Of a stretch of DNA of 64,000 nucleotides, positions 13,801-26,632 are shown piece after piece (position 1 is the first letter of the stretch; each line of letters opens with the position of its first letter). Source of the DNA: Oculina patagonica (lineage: Eukaryota); NCBI RefSeq assembly GCF_052425735.1, contig NC_135771.1, forward strand, positions 3,534,001-3,598,000, in the 5' to 3' direction. The position numbers and the translations under genes were made by a program. The notes under the pieces are model-generated. The model was not told the DNA's origin. It made no database searches and was given only the letters and a program-made list of their open reading frames with translations.

Positions 13801-14837
13801 GCCTCTTTTTGCTATTTCTATTAAATATTGTGAATTTTCTCTAAATTTCTGCTGGTTCTTATCACCTTGGGAATCTTGCTACCCACCTCCTCTTATCTGC
13901 CTACTGTACCCCCCCCCCCCTGATCCCATCCACAACAAAGTAACAAACAGGAGAGGGGGAGGGGAGAGTTTTTTTTTGTCTCACTTCAAGTTGTCATCTG
14001 TTACACGCACTTTGAAAGGAAATGATGCAGTCTAGCATTTTGTGTTGTACATGTTCGTGCAAACTTGTGGAAGATGTTTGTTTTGACCAATCATCCACAT
14101 TTTTCTTGACAGGATTGTGGCACCTACAGTGACTCTTCAAGGAAATCTTGATCCAGCTTGTCTGTATGGCAGCCATGTAAGTCATTTGTTATCTACTTTA
14201 AAAATTATGGTGTAAAATGGTACTGGGAGCTGGAGCAGTTGTTGGGCATTTAGAGCGATTTTGATTCAATGTCATAAAACCAACATCAAAAGTACATGTA
14301 CTGGTAGTAATTACTCTGGTCAATCACAAAGAACACAGACAATCCATTGAACCAATCAAAACGTAAGCAAATGACATGTATGTGGCATGAAACACAGGGA
14401 AATGTGTGAGTGCATCGTGTTTGGTTTTGGTTTTACTTTTGATAATTATTTGGGTGAGAAAGTGGTGGAAGTTTTTTAACCAATCACTGTAAGCATAGTA
14501 AAAATAAACCAATGCAAATGCAAATTAATTTCAACACTGAACTAAAAATTGCTGTATGCTCAAAGCCAAAGTGATTGCTATACATGAACAAATTGCAACT
14601 AAGACTGCAACAAACCATGATTAATTTGAACTCTCTTTTTGTCAAAAATTGCAGGAGGATTTAATACACGCTGTCAAGAACATGCTGAGGAAGTTTGGTA
14701 CCCAACGGTACATCGCCAATCTGGGCCATGGAATGCATCCAGATCATGACCCAGAAAAACTTGCTACATTTATTGACACTGTTCACTCTTACTCTGAGGC
14801 AATGATTGAAAGAAAGTCATCCTTTCTTGATTCTTGA
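7841..14837 (+). CDS. UROD: Uroporphyrinogen decarboxylase, 11 exons, 371 aa
   Basis: Exons 7841-7970, 8766-8851, 9158-9220, 9336-9371, 9533-9577, 9917-10033, 11785-11946, 12742-12870, 13459-13559, 14113-14176, 14655-14837 (1116 nt, GT-AG). Motifs [53 protein letters not shown]. Confidence 0.97.
8445..8710 (+). mobile_element. Degenerate tRNA-derived SINE in UROD intron 1
   Basis: A-box-like TGGCCTAGTGG, decayed B box GGGTTTAATTCC, non-tRNA body and AT-rich tail; ends approximate. Confidence 0.55.
10214..11295 (-). mobile_element. Probable solo LTR (Gypsy-like) in UROD intron 6
   Basis: 1082 bp bounded by TGT...ACA, with exact 4-bp TSD CTTG (10210-10213, 11296-11299); AATAAA on the minus strand ~100 bp from the 3' end; no gag/pol ORF. 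Confidence 0.7.
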
Positions 14838-15590
14838 TGGCATTTACGTCAGAAGCAATAGCACCAGCCCTCACTTGCCATTAAGTTGTACTGAAAGGGG
14901 GCCTTGGTTCAAGTTGAATTAATTGATTTATTTGTTAGAAAGAGGTAAAGTCTTGAGAAAAAATCTCAAACTTTTCACTTTAACTTAGTAGTAAAACTAA
15001 ACAGCACACAAAAATTTGCCATTTACGGTTTTATGTACCATTGCTTGCATCTAAGCGTAAATATATGCTGCTAAAACATGATCTAATTGGGTATTAAACG
15101 TGGCATGATTGGTTATTTGAAGTTAAGCTGACCGTAACGCAAACTTTTGCACTCAAAATGATCAAAATAAACATTGAGTATGGGTGAAACCCACTGGGAG
15201 CGAAAGGGTAGGCAAGCAAAACTCTACACTAGAAGTGATTCAAGTGAAGCTGCAAATGCATACTGACACAGATGAGGATCTGTTTTTCGGAAGAACTCTA
15301 TATCCAGTCTTTCTACCATTTTGAAACTGGAATGTGTTCAACTTTCGGCGCACAAGTTGCCGTTTCGGTCTGCCAAACTTCAAGCACTTGATGATTAAGT
15401 TCAGGGCTGTTATTAAGGGCTGTAACTCATAACACCTGAGTTTACTCAATGTTACGGGTAAAAATGCTGATTGGTGTTACACTGCACTTGCATACAGAAT
15501 GAAATGCTACGGGTGATAACTTCAATGTTATGGCTGCTTAAAAACTCAATGACAGCTCTGGCCAATCATGCCACGTTTTATATCCAATTA

Positions 15591-15763
15591 CAGTCAACTC
15601 TCTATGAACGGACACCTCTATAAGACAGACACCTGGTGTTGCTCCTGTCCGTGCCGTTTTTCAGTCATTTTACTGTAACTAAACTCCCTATAAGACAGAC
15701 ACCTCTCTAAAATGGACAGTTGGAGCCGGTCCCGACGGTGTCTGTTTTACAGAGAGTAGACTG
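15591..15763. mobile_element. Tc1/mariner-type MITE
   Basis: TA|CAGTCAACTCTCT...AGAGAGTAGACTG termini; related to 17219-18649 and 59773-60313. Confidence 0.75.
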
Positions 15764-16630
15764 TTGTTCATTTTTTCGGCGGCACATGTTCACGCTTAGA
15801 TGCAAGTGACAGTAGTTTTCATATCAATTTTTTGTAGTTATAAAGCCTTTTGCATCAATCAGTCATTTGACCTGTTGAAAAACAACCTTAAGGGATTTTT
15901 TTAATAAATAATAACTGCAACTACATGTATATGAAAAAGTAACTTTTCCTTTTTGGCTTAGTGAGCTGCGAGGTACACATAGTGTTCTTTTTTAAGTTAA
16001 TATACATGTATGCCAAGTCACAAGGTGACCACAAACAATACATAAAAGTAGAGTTGACAACGTTAATAGAAAGGAAGTTACATTGTCTTCTTGGAAAATC
16101 AAATGTGAGTACCGGTAATATTTATTTTCTTGAGAAAATACTTTAAATCTATTTTACTTAAGCTTATAATATTGTGAGATAAATTAAGACAACTAGTATA
16201 ATATCAACTTAATTACAAATAAAATTATTTTCTGTATGTAATTTCTCTTCTTTGTTTTTTGTTCTTAGTTTTCCAGTGGGATGGCAAAGGGTTCAAAGGG
16301 AATAGATTTTCCAGGTTGCCCCTTGGTCAATTAAGTTGTAGCCACCATCTTCTAGCTCAAAGGGTTTTTGTCATTTGCTCAAAAAATATCAAGGCTACAT
16401 GTAGCTTACAGATGTTTCCATCACATGCACAAAGTTGTTTTTTCATCCATACCAAACAGCTAAGTAATCCGCTCAAAATATCTACATCAGATGTGTTTTT
16501 CTATGCAAAAACATGGCTTGAAAAAGACTTGGATTTCAGCTTGGACAAACAGTTTTAATTTGTTTTTTTGGCATGCTTGTCTTGGCAACGTGCACAGGCC
16601 CTGAAAGTTATTTTTCTGGCAGGAAAATCT

Positions 16631-17055
16631 CCCGGGGGGGGGGGGGGTACTCCAAAAAGTTTTATACGGGGAGGCTCCGCCCCAAGTTCTAACCCCTTAC
16701 CCTTTTATATACCATTTTGACAGAAAATGTACCTCTTTCGTATACCTTTAACTGAAAAAATGTACCCCTTTCATATACCTAAGAGACATGGCTGGACTTA
16801 AAATAGGACGTTTTCTTGTCATTTTTATGTAGCGCTTAATAAATTAAAATAATACAGCCATAAATTGCGTCTGTTCGAAATATTTTAATTTAATGCCCTT
16901 TTAAATAGCCAAATGACAGATTTCCATACCCTTTCATATACTTAAACTCGTGAAATACCTACCCTTTTATATACCTGAAGCCTGAAAAAGGTACCCCTTT
17001 CGGGCGGAGCCTCCCCGTATAGGCCGTTATATGGAGTACCCCCCCCCCCCCCGGG
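16631..17055. mobile_element. MITE with CCCGGG(G)n-GTACTCC termini and 8-bp TSD
   Basis: TSD GAAAATCT at 16623-16630 and 17056-17063; TIR includes TATACGGGGAGGCTCCGCCC / GGGCGGAGCCTCCCCGTATA. Confidence 0.85.
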
Positions 17056-17218
17056 GAAAATCTACTTAGGGGCATATTTTAGGTGATGTTGCACTTACAA
17101 TAGGGATGGTACTGTGAATGCTATGTTATGTCTAATTGAAGTGCAGTTTGACCCAATTTGATATCATGTTGACAAGTGCCATCTGAAACCTTCCTTTGCA
17201 ATTCTGTGGTGTGATATA

Positions 17219-18649
17219 CAGTCAAATCTCTCTCAACGGACACCTCAGTCTATAAGATGGCCAGCCGGTGTTGGTCCCGTCCCTACTGTTTTTCAGTCAT
17301 TTTACTGGATTTAACTCCCTGTAAGGAGGACACCTCTAAGACAGACAGTTGGAGCTTGTTACCAAGCAACCCTCCAAGTTTATTTTTTCGACGTTTTTGC
17401 TTGTTTACAAGCAAAAATGGTAGAATAGGGGTTAGTAGACAAAATTTGGATCCACATATTTGTAAACTCTCAAGGGACTTTTTTAATTTCTCAAGGGACT
17501 GTTTTAATTTCTCAAGGGATTACTTTCCGCTGTGGGTGATCACTTGCGATTTCGTGGAAAAAACGTGACTTGTCACATTTACAAACGTTATATAACAATT
17601 TTAAAAGTGACATGTCAGCTTTCTTATCTCAACGCACGTGTGTCTGAAAGGCGATCTATAAAAAGCGTCGCACAAACAATGGATTGCGTAACTAAAACAC
17701 AAATAAATAATCACTAGCACTTACATCGCGTTGAGAGCAAAGTTGCATGAATCGGCTTTACAACATGCGATAGTATCTACGCAGTTCGAGTGGAATTTCA
17801 GTCAAAGACAGCAAAATTCTTTCGTATTTCATCTTCAAATATAATTCGAAAGCATTCACTGTATATGTGGCTTTTGTTTAATCCTGGGTCTTGATATCCG
17901 ACCCTCGCCGAGCCTAGACAAAACGCAGCTTGAATTTGTTTACGCAATGTTTTCTCCGACAGTAGTCGGAAATATCCGTATTTTTTTTTCGTGCTTTTTC
18001 ATGGAGCAATCGTAACGATACGGCCTTGAACACATTGAACGGCGGTCTACCTATAACAATTCAAATATAGCGTCGCAAAAACAAAGCGTCAAACGCATAT
18101 TTTGCTGTTTCATTTGCTAATTTCGCTGCCGTAATCGACTGCCTCGAAAGGTCCTTGCAGTTTTAAAGTATAGAATTGTCAGATCTCGCTGAAATTTGCA
18201 CTGTTTATTTGTGTAATGTTAAGGAATATGTGTATAAATACCCGGCGCGAACGAGCCATTTTTGACAAAATTATATGGCTGCATTTCCTCCGCGAAGATA
18301 GGAAATTGTTAAATTAAACTACAAAGAAACTGTAATGATAAGTTCGAAGAACAATGCACAGGATAAACCTTTGACTCATACTTCATGCAAAAACGTCGAT
18401 ATCTCGAAGAGACTTTGATTTTCCTTAGTGGCCATTTGGCCACTAACTACTCAAGTTTTGGTCGCCAGTGAAAAATTTTAGTCACCAAACTAAGCTGATG
18501 CTTTCAATCCTTCCTCTCAATTTTAGTCGCCAGGCTGGCGACCTTGGTTCAAATTTAGTCGCCAGCTCCAAAATTTTAGTCGCCATGGCGACTAAATTAG
18601 TCTTAACTTGGAGGGTTGCGAAGGTGTCCATTTTAGAGAGAGTTGACTG
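17219..18649. mobile_element. Nested composite: Tc1-like MITE split by TIR element 17367-18618, itself split by a ~1-kb insert (~17389-18418)
   Basis: Outer ends CAGTCAAATCTCTC / GAGAGAGTTGACTG; middle ends CAACCCTCCAAGTT / AACTTGGAGGGTTG; inner inverted motifs CGACGTTTTTGC (17389) / GCAAAAACGTCG (18387). Confidence 0.75.
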
Positions 18650-18696
18650 CACTCTAGGGACGTTAACATCAAGATTAGCTGCTGTTTATAACAACG

Positions 18697-21600
18697 TCAT
18701 GGGTGTTCAGAAGAACCAACATCCTCTACACCAAGCTTGGTATCAGTATCTGTACTCTGAACAGGGACTTTGAGTTTGGGTGACTCCATGACGGGCAGTC
18801 TCTCAGGAGGTCTTTCTTCCTCTGCCCCCACACGATTCACACCCCCCTCTACAGGACCCAAGGCTCCTTCAACTGGCTGATTGCCTCCTTGAATTGCAGG
18901 CTCAGCTCTTCTCATCGTCTCTTCCCATCTCTGCTGCCGTTCATTCATAGCATTCAAAAGCTCAAGAATCTGCTCCTGCTGATTATTGATATTCTCCTGC
19001 TGTGGGGCGTGGTCAATTGCATCTCTCTGCCGTGCATCATTATTTAACTGTTGTATGGCTGCTTGGACGTTTTCAACATGGTTTTCAAGGCGTTGAAGAT
19101 TGCCCTGAAAATTTATAGGGAGGGCTGGGACAGTAGTGATTGTCATAAACGGCAACCTCACTTGTAATCCACTAAGCGTAAACATGGCGATAATGATAAT
19201 GATGATGACTGCCATGAACACAAATGGTTGCCACTGAATTGGGACTTCTCTGAACAATGCACGGAAACTTTTTCCAATGGCTTCAGCGATGTGTTCAAAT
19301 GGCTGTGCAATAATACTGGCTACTGTTGCTGATATTGCCTGAAAAGAGTTTGCAAAAAAATTGGTTTAACTAGAAACTCACAAAATCAAAAATTAACAAT
19401 AATTATTGGACCATGAGCCTGTGTTTTCTGTTCACAAGCAGTCAATGAGGCACAGCCAAGTTGAGTAGTGCTCATAGCAAAACATACAATTTTTTTGCAT
19501 TTTTTTATGCCAAGAATAGAGAATAGTTATATCCTTTTTACACAATGATGTCATACAAATAAACCACTTTTACTGAGCTTTTTGTTGCATAGATTGGTCT
19601 CCGGGTTACACTCAAACAATTAGATGGCTTGCTTTTGATAAAATCTTATAGATTCTAGTGAGGCACCTTTTATAACAACAAGTACATTCTTGTTTACTAC
19701 TGACACTGGGGGAAGATTTTTATCTGACAACAAAAGGGGATTGTGTTTTGTGTCCCACTGGAAATTTCTCAGTAAACTCTCCTCCATTTTTGCCTTTGAG
19801 ACTGCTTCCTAAATTATAGAATTTCCAGTGGCCCTCTTTGGGGTAGACATGAATAATTACTGGAACCACAAAATGAATGGTGTAAATGAAACCATCCCAC
19901 TCATTTTGTAATTTTTGTTAATACAAATGTCACTGTTCAAAACGTATAACATCAAAAAACGTGATAGGTAAAAACTCTTTTTTGGATTTTGGAGTTAAAA
20001 CAGGTGGCAGGGTCAGATAACAATATTTTTATTATGGTAAAAGGGAATCAAATAAAAACTTACTTTTGATGGAGAAATTTCCCAGATTGGGTCAACAAGT
20101 AACATCTCCTGGTACTTCACACACCTGTCATCACTAAACGTAAATGAGTTTCTGAACCAAAGCATAAGAGACTCAAGTGGCCGTAATTCATGATCTGAGC
20201 GACATTCTTTGGGAATATCCTTTTCCATCTTTGCTTGTTTGGCGGCGAATGCTTTTCTGTACAAATGAAACCACTCCCAAGGAATACTGACAATAAAACA
20301 CAGAAACAAAACTCCCCACAGTTGCGTCCGCCAGGTTAACTTTGTACGTGTCTCAAAAACGATTGCGGCGCACATTACCAAAATCAGAGATGCAAAGATG
20401 AGGATTGCTTCTTTAGTTACATAACTTAATGTTGAGTTGTCCCACTGACTAAAGTCATACAAGTCATCTTTGCCTTTGAAATTGGATACGATGCCAATGA
20501 CTACTTCACAGACATCTTGGACATTTCCATCATCTGATTTGACAAATTTTTCTAAAGTTGCGACATCATCTTTCGAAGCAGTAACCACAATGTCATGATC
20601 TCCACGTTCTTCTAAATTCCCCAGTATACTTCTGACTATTTTTTTAAAGTATGGAGTATCACATGGTGATGCATTGGCATTTGTTTTTTCAGCGCAGGCC
20701 TGGCACTGTACAGGTGACTGCTCCAAGTCCTTGTGACACTGTGATAGCTTTGCTTGAAGTCTTTCATAATCAGACTGTTTGTGCATGGTTTCTTTAGCAC
20801 TCCCACTGGTGAAACCCTAATAATTATTATTAAAAGAAAATATTTTATGTACACCTACATATTAACACAGTATTAAGTCTTAGAATGCCTGAATATCTGT
20901 CTTCCCGAGAGTACTTATAATATAGCTAGCAGAGCCGTGCAATCAAATTCAGTATATGTGAGCGTGCACAAAATCCAATAGTGCACGCTGGTAGCATGAG
21001 CAAATGAATTGCTTTGCCAGAAAATTTTTTCTTGCGCAAGTTTTTGTTGTGGATTTTAAAGAAAATTTCCACCAGCAATGTTATAAAATAATTGGTTCAT
21101 GCATTTAGCTGTGCAGTATCAAGTTATGGAGCACTTAGGAAGTTTGGAGAACACTCAAGAAGCTAGAGTTGCGCTCGGCTATTGCCTCGAGCAACTCTTA
21201 TGCTTCTTTCGTGCTCTCTAAACTTCCCGCATGCACCACAACTTAAAAGTGCACACTAAAGCATGAACCAATTGTTAATTAGCATCCTCACATCACAATC
21301 GCAGTCAGGCACACAAAATATCAAAATTGGATATATTACATTATATAATTATTATGTGTCTGATTTTCTGCTGCATGTTACTATCGCAAGAATCCACACA
21401 TGATGATCTTTGCATAGTAACGATTTTTGTCCCTTCTTGATGCTTGCAACAAAGCTCATGTCACCTACGGGGTTCAGGTCTTATGAAACATACAAAAATT
21501 AATGAACCTGAAGTATCTTTACATCTCTTTTAAATCTGATAACTTTTGTGGTATATGGAAAAACACCAATTAATTTAGTACAGTCGAAGCTCTCTTAACG

Positions 21601-22523
21601 GACACTCTCGTAAGCGGACAGCTCTACTTACGGCCACCTTGTTAGAAACCCCGTTTTAACTCCCATACAAACTCTGTATTTTTACATTCTCGTAAGCGGA
21701 CATTCCCGTAAGCGGCCGCGGACACTTTCAGAGATTACGACTTAAACTTTTTCATTGTTTTTAAGCTCCCGTAAGCAGACACCCCAAAGAAAATCCTACT
21801 AACAACCTCTGTATCTTATTTTTATCAGTCAACTTCACATCGCCGTTTGTCACAATGATTTTACAGTATTTACAGTACCATATTTCAGTGTTTGTTTTGC
21901 CGTCATCCACGTCTGGTTACATTTCGAAACACCCCTTACATGCATCCAAGGATGCATATGCTCCCGTAAGCGGCCATCTATCCCCTACACCTCCAGTGGC
22001 CGCTTACAAGAACCATTCTTGTAAGCGGCCAGCTCCAGTTATGGACACTTTTTTCGCGTCCCGAGGGTGTCCGCTTACGAGAGCTTCGACTGTACTTCAT
22101 TTCAATGGCCTTGTCATTTCCGTTGAGGAGGGGGGGGGGGGCATTCAATGTTTCATCCATAACTTCCGGCTTACCCTCAAATAAGGGCCATTAACCTTCT
22201 ATGAAAGTTCGAAAAGAACAGGAAAAATACCAATTTGCAATGTGAGAAAAGAAAGCACAACAATCAAATCGACTATTATGTTCAACGAAGAAAGATTCGG
22301 CCTAAAGTTTGCACGGGAAGCGATGAGATATGCAACAAAACAGAACAAAACTAACCGTCCTGTCGAGAGATTGAACTGTCGCATCATAGTGAATCATGTC
22401 CCAAGGATCCAACCACTCTTGACTGGGAAGAGCTTGCTCGGCTTCATTGTACTTACCCTCCTTTGCAAGCGATAGACGACCAAGACAGGTAAAACTGATT
22501 AAAAGCAATGCAGAAGCTTTCAT
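18697..22523 (-). CDS. CLCC1: Chloride channel CLIC-like protein 1 (MCLC family), 3 exons, ~520 aa
   Basis: Exons 22356-22523, 20064-20816, 18697-19338, all phase 0 and GT-AG. Signal peptide followed by EWLDPWDMIHYD (CLCC1-type WIDPxDMLNYD motif); three hydrophobic TM segments; FIVSIPWEWFHLY..A; DRCVKYQEMLLVDPIWEISPSKAI; EHIAEAIGKSFRAL. A further small exon cannot be excluded. Confidence 0.88.
21581..22092. mobile_element. Tc1/mariner-type MITE in CLCC1 intron 1
   Basis: TA|CAGTCGAAGCTCTC...GAGAGCTTCGACTG|TA; internal GTAAGCGGAC repeats. Confidence 0.88.
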
Positions 22524-22672
22524 TTTGCGAAGTTCAAACGACGGCCTAAATGGCGACCTCGTTGATGTGTTTCCAAGAAAGCCCGCGCGGGAGACTGGGT
22601 TCCACACGTTCGTTACCTACTTATCCCCACACGGGACTTCCCTGCTAGCATTTCAATTACTGGGCCTGTCTT

Positions 22673-23289
22673 TAGGGCTTTCCACAAGTTGCTCGGCAAC
22701 TTTTTGGCAACTTTTCATGTTTCGAGCAACTTTTTCCCCTTCGAGCAACTTTTTCCCTCTCGAGCAACTTGTTGCATTTTGAGCAATTTCTAGACCGAAG
22801 ATCTTCGAAGGTTATCCGAGTGTTGTTCAAAGGCAATACGAACGTTTCCGAAGATTTACGAAGTTTTCCGAAGACTTTCGAGGGAATCGAGGAACATCTG
22901 AAGACGTTTCAACTTTCGGCTCATTCTGCATTAAAACATTACAAAACTCGTCAGCAAACATGACGTCATCGATATCTTCACGATTTTTCTCAGTTAAAGA
23001 AATCCTTGTTATTTAACAAATTTTCCCCTTAATTTGTTACTTAGATACTTCTTTTGCTGTAAAATTGCATAAAACGGCTTAGAAATCTTACCCTCAAAGG
23101 GAAATTAGAATATATTTAGAGAAATTCTCTTGATTAGAAGCAGCGTTTTGGATTTTTTTGGAGCAACTTTCGAGCAACTTTTATTATTAGAAGCAACTTT
23201 TTTGGATTTTTGGAGCAACTTTGGAGCAACTTTTTGAGAAATTACAGGCAACTTTTTGGGAAATCTGGAGCAACTTGTGGAAAGCCCTA
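22673..23289. mobile_element. hAT-like MITE between CLCC1 and the ParB-like/zinc-finger gene
   Basis: TIR TAGGGCTTTCCACAAGTTGCTC / GAGCAACTTGTGGAAAGCCCTA; exact 8-bp TSD CCTGTCTT; many subterminal GAGCAACTT repeats. Confidence 0.9.
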
Positions 23290-23627
23290 CCTGTCTTTAT
23301 GTGGAATTTTTTTTTGAACAATATATATTTTACCCTTGTCAATGCAGGACTTCATATATTTTCCTCTCAATTTTTTTTTCCTATTTCTTTTATGTCTACT
23401 TTTATACTATCATACGCTCCTGACTTTCCCCGTCTTTCAAAACAAAAAAAAAGTTTTTATATTCCTTGTCAGCCCAGGAGAGACATCCCATTCTTTATTT
23501 CTAATTTAAAATCAAACTTGTGGCATAAAATAAAACCTCTAAAGGTTCTTGTCAGGCAGAAAAGGAGACATTTGATTTCCTTTTCCCCTCCCTCCCCCGC
23601 TACGTATAATTTTGTTTGTTTACGGCG

Positions 23628-24731
23628 ATGGCATTCCAACCGACTCCCCTGGGAATATTTCGCGCCAATGTTCGCACGTGGCGCGATTTGTTTATCAGCT
23701 CAGACATCAGCTCGCACTCAGGTCTTCGTGCAAATCAAATATTCAAGATGAATTTTACGTACTTGGTGCTTTTAAGGCCCTCAGAAATACGCTTCACAAA
23801 GAACTCACTCGCTTCGAAATTCGACAACGGTATTCCCCTGCTGGAGACCTTCACCCAGATAAAGAACGGAGAAACTCTTCTTGAGGATATTCCGCTCATT
23901 GAAGTCGTTTTCTACCCTGAGAAGTGGGAATGGTACACTCTAAACAACCGAAGACTCTGGGTGTTAAAAGAGCTCGAAAAGGTCGGAAAATGCCGTTTTG
24001 TCAAGACGAAGAGGATTGAATACGTGGAGAATGTTTTTGACTATCCGACGCTGCTGTATGGCTCGGCAGCGCTCGCTGAAAACAGAGAAAATAGCCGTTC
24101 CTTCTCCTGGAAAGGAGACAGCCTGCAGATTACGACTCGCCGCTCTCCTTGCAAGGAAGTCAGTGTTTACTATGATAAAGATGATGACCGTTTTGCTCGC
24201 CAAGAAGTCACCAAGACATGGAACCGAGCTGAAAATTCACAGCACTATGGCAGAAGCCTACAGCATCGCGGTGGCCGTAAAATGAGGCGCAAACGACTTT
24301 GCAGAAAGCGTTTCCACCCGTTCTATTCCAGACATCACGAAAATCGTCTTCGTGGTAGGTTCCAAGAAAACTTGGATGTTTGCAGACGACGGCAAAGTGT
24401 TGACAGCGTGGATGGCCGTAGAAATTCCGAGTCGTCAGAATATTCTGGGTCTGAATACGGCTTCCATTTCAGTTATACCGTCTGGTACAAGAAGAGGCAA
24501 GCGTTTTTACAGCGAATTTACTGCGTTCGCACTGGGCGCCTGAGAGATCCCTCGCGGTTCATCGATGTGCTATACACTTGTGGAGTTTGCTTCAAGAGCT
24601 TCAGGTCCAAAGTCAGCTTAAACCAGCACAGCGAGGAGCTGTTACACTGGGCTTGTGTGCGCTGTAGAAGATTTTTTGAGAGTCACACTGCTTTAGGACA
24701 ACACAAGCTCGCCTTGAACCATACAGTGTAG
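23628..24731 (+). CDS. Intronless protein with putative ParB/sulfiredoxin-like N-terminal domain, basic linker and two C-terminal C2H2 zinc fingers
   Basis: 367-aa ORF from ATG 23628 (alternative ATG 23748 in AAGATG context). N-terminal PSEIRFT..S..F..G..L.ET..IPLIEV..WYTLNNRRLWVLKEL; C-terminal CGVCFKSFRSKVSLNQHSEELLH and CVRCRRFFESHTALGQHKLALNH. The ParB-like assignment is by motif recall only. Confidence 0.8.
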   Translation: MAFQPTPLGIFRANVRTWRDLFISSDISSHSGLRANQIFKMNFTYLVLLRPSEIRFTKNSLASKFDNGIPLLETFTQIKNGETLLEDIPLIEVVFYPEKWEWYTLNNRRLWVLKELEKVGKCRFVKTKRIEYVENVFDYPTLLYGSAALAENRENSRSFSWKGDSLQITTRRSPCKEVSVYYDKDDDRFARQEVTKTWNRAENSQHYGRSLQHRGGRKMRRKRLCRKRFHPFYSRHHENRLRGRFQENLDVCRRRQSVDSVDGRRNSESSEYSGSEYGFHFSYTVWYKKRQAFLQRIYCVRTGRLRDPSRFIDVLYTCGVCFKSFRSKVSLNQHSEELLHWACVRCRRFFESHTALGQHKLALNHTV

Positions 24732-26632
24732 GCGTGACCATATGGCGTGACACAATGGCGGAACAGTTCGAAGCTGCATAAATATTTGTTTACAAACGTT
24801 AACTAGCCTCTCATGATAGTTCCTTACGTTGTTACTTGGAAAATGTGCAGGCAATATGTGCTAGGTTGTTTAATGTTTATTATTGTTATTGTCACGGGTA
24901 ATTGCGTGACACCCAGTTGCGTGACACTTAGTATTATTGTGTTACATCACCAAGGTAAACATCCGAAGTGATAACATTTGCAATTTAATATAAAGATGGT
25001 GATGAATAATTCTTTATTAGAGCATCAAAGATAATAAGATTAAACACTGTTATGGTAAAAACTATTGCATGTGGTTATTGAGATATCAACGAATCTGTGC
25101 TAATCTTTTTCAGGAAAATCACCCTAGTTTTTCAACTGTAATATGGATTAATGATAGAACAAATTTATGCAATATTGTCGAAGTTTGTGGAAGTTGTAGA
25201 AGTTAAGAAATGATTTTGATAAGTTGTCAAAGAAACAGATATTATTAAAATAATGAAAATAATGGTTAAGTCATAAAATGATTATCGAGATAAGAATATC
25301 TTTGAAATGTAATGACAAGTTTATAAATTATATAATGTTGTTAACTGATCCAGTTGTGAATGTTTTTGAGCTTTGTTTTCTCACTGTAAATCCCTTCCTT
25401 CTCTGCCATCCCTATATAATTAGCCCTCTTTCTTCTCTTTGAAAAAAAAATGTGCCTTTCCTCTCTTCAGCTAAGACCAGCTAAGAGTTATTGCCTTGAT
25501 GTTCCACTAAATCTCAGAATATATATTCAAGGAAATGTGTAGCAACCAGTGGGAAAAGACTTAACTGTTTACCGGTAAGATTTTAAAAGTTAGGAACTGG
25601 AAGGATCATAATTTAGATCAAGAGGATTTACCTGAAATATCCAAACACTTGATTTAAAGTGGCTCTGTCAGTAAAAGGAAGGCCTGGAGTTAGCTCGACA
25701 ATGAGAAATTCAGATATTTTCATAAAATAGTAGCTAAAAACTAGAAACATTCAGTGATTCGATCAGAAAAGTAGTCTTGCGCGCCACCGTTACTCAGGTA
25801 GTCACGCAATACTCTAGAGAAATGCGTTTTGTGACTACTCGACATTCGATCGAGAAACGTAAGCTCATTTTGAACAGTTCATCAATCACACGTTTCATAT
25901 TGCCGGAAACAAAGTATATCGTATTCCCTACAACTTTACCCTTGACGACATAAAGAACAGCGCAAACAGAGAAAGTTCGACTGGTCCATTCTCTGCGATC
26001 TTGGAACAGGTCCCTTTTCAGGGTAAGATTTTTACGTCATTCAAGGAACCAAGAGTAAAAAATATGCCTTTTAGACGAATAGAATAGCATAGCATAGTCG
26101 TTTCAGTCGTTTCGAATCGGACAAAGACGAAGACATGGAAAAGCGAAAAGAGATTCGATTTATTGTCGTTGTTAATTACGTAGTTTTGGAACCATTGGTA
26201 GTCAACTCTGAAACCCAAACCGTTACCCAAACTATTACGTTAGGTGAAAACAACTAAAATAACGAAAGAGGGGATATTTTGCAGATGTTTTTCTTTGCAA
26301 CTGTGCCACGCATGAAACGTCCCAATCGCAAAGTTCCTGCTATCAAGTTTGAGAGCAAAATGTTTGTTATTCAAGTTCATACTCACTAGCTATTTTGTAC
26401 AAGTATTTATTGCACTGCAAAACAGTTCCCCTTTCTCTTAAAACATAGCGGGAAGCAAGCGGGAGGCGCAAGGCCCTCACACCTGCGGGTGAAGCCCGCG
26501 CGTCTCGCGAGGAGGCGGCATATGCTTGATTGCGTCACGTTTTTTTGTCCCGAGTGGAGGGGGCAGGGTGGCCATGCTCCTCTGTCGACCTCTGCGTAAT
26601 TATGTGGATTATATCATAGCTCCGGCCTTAAC

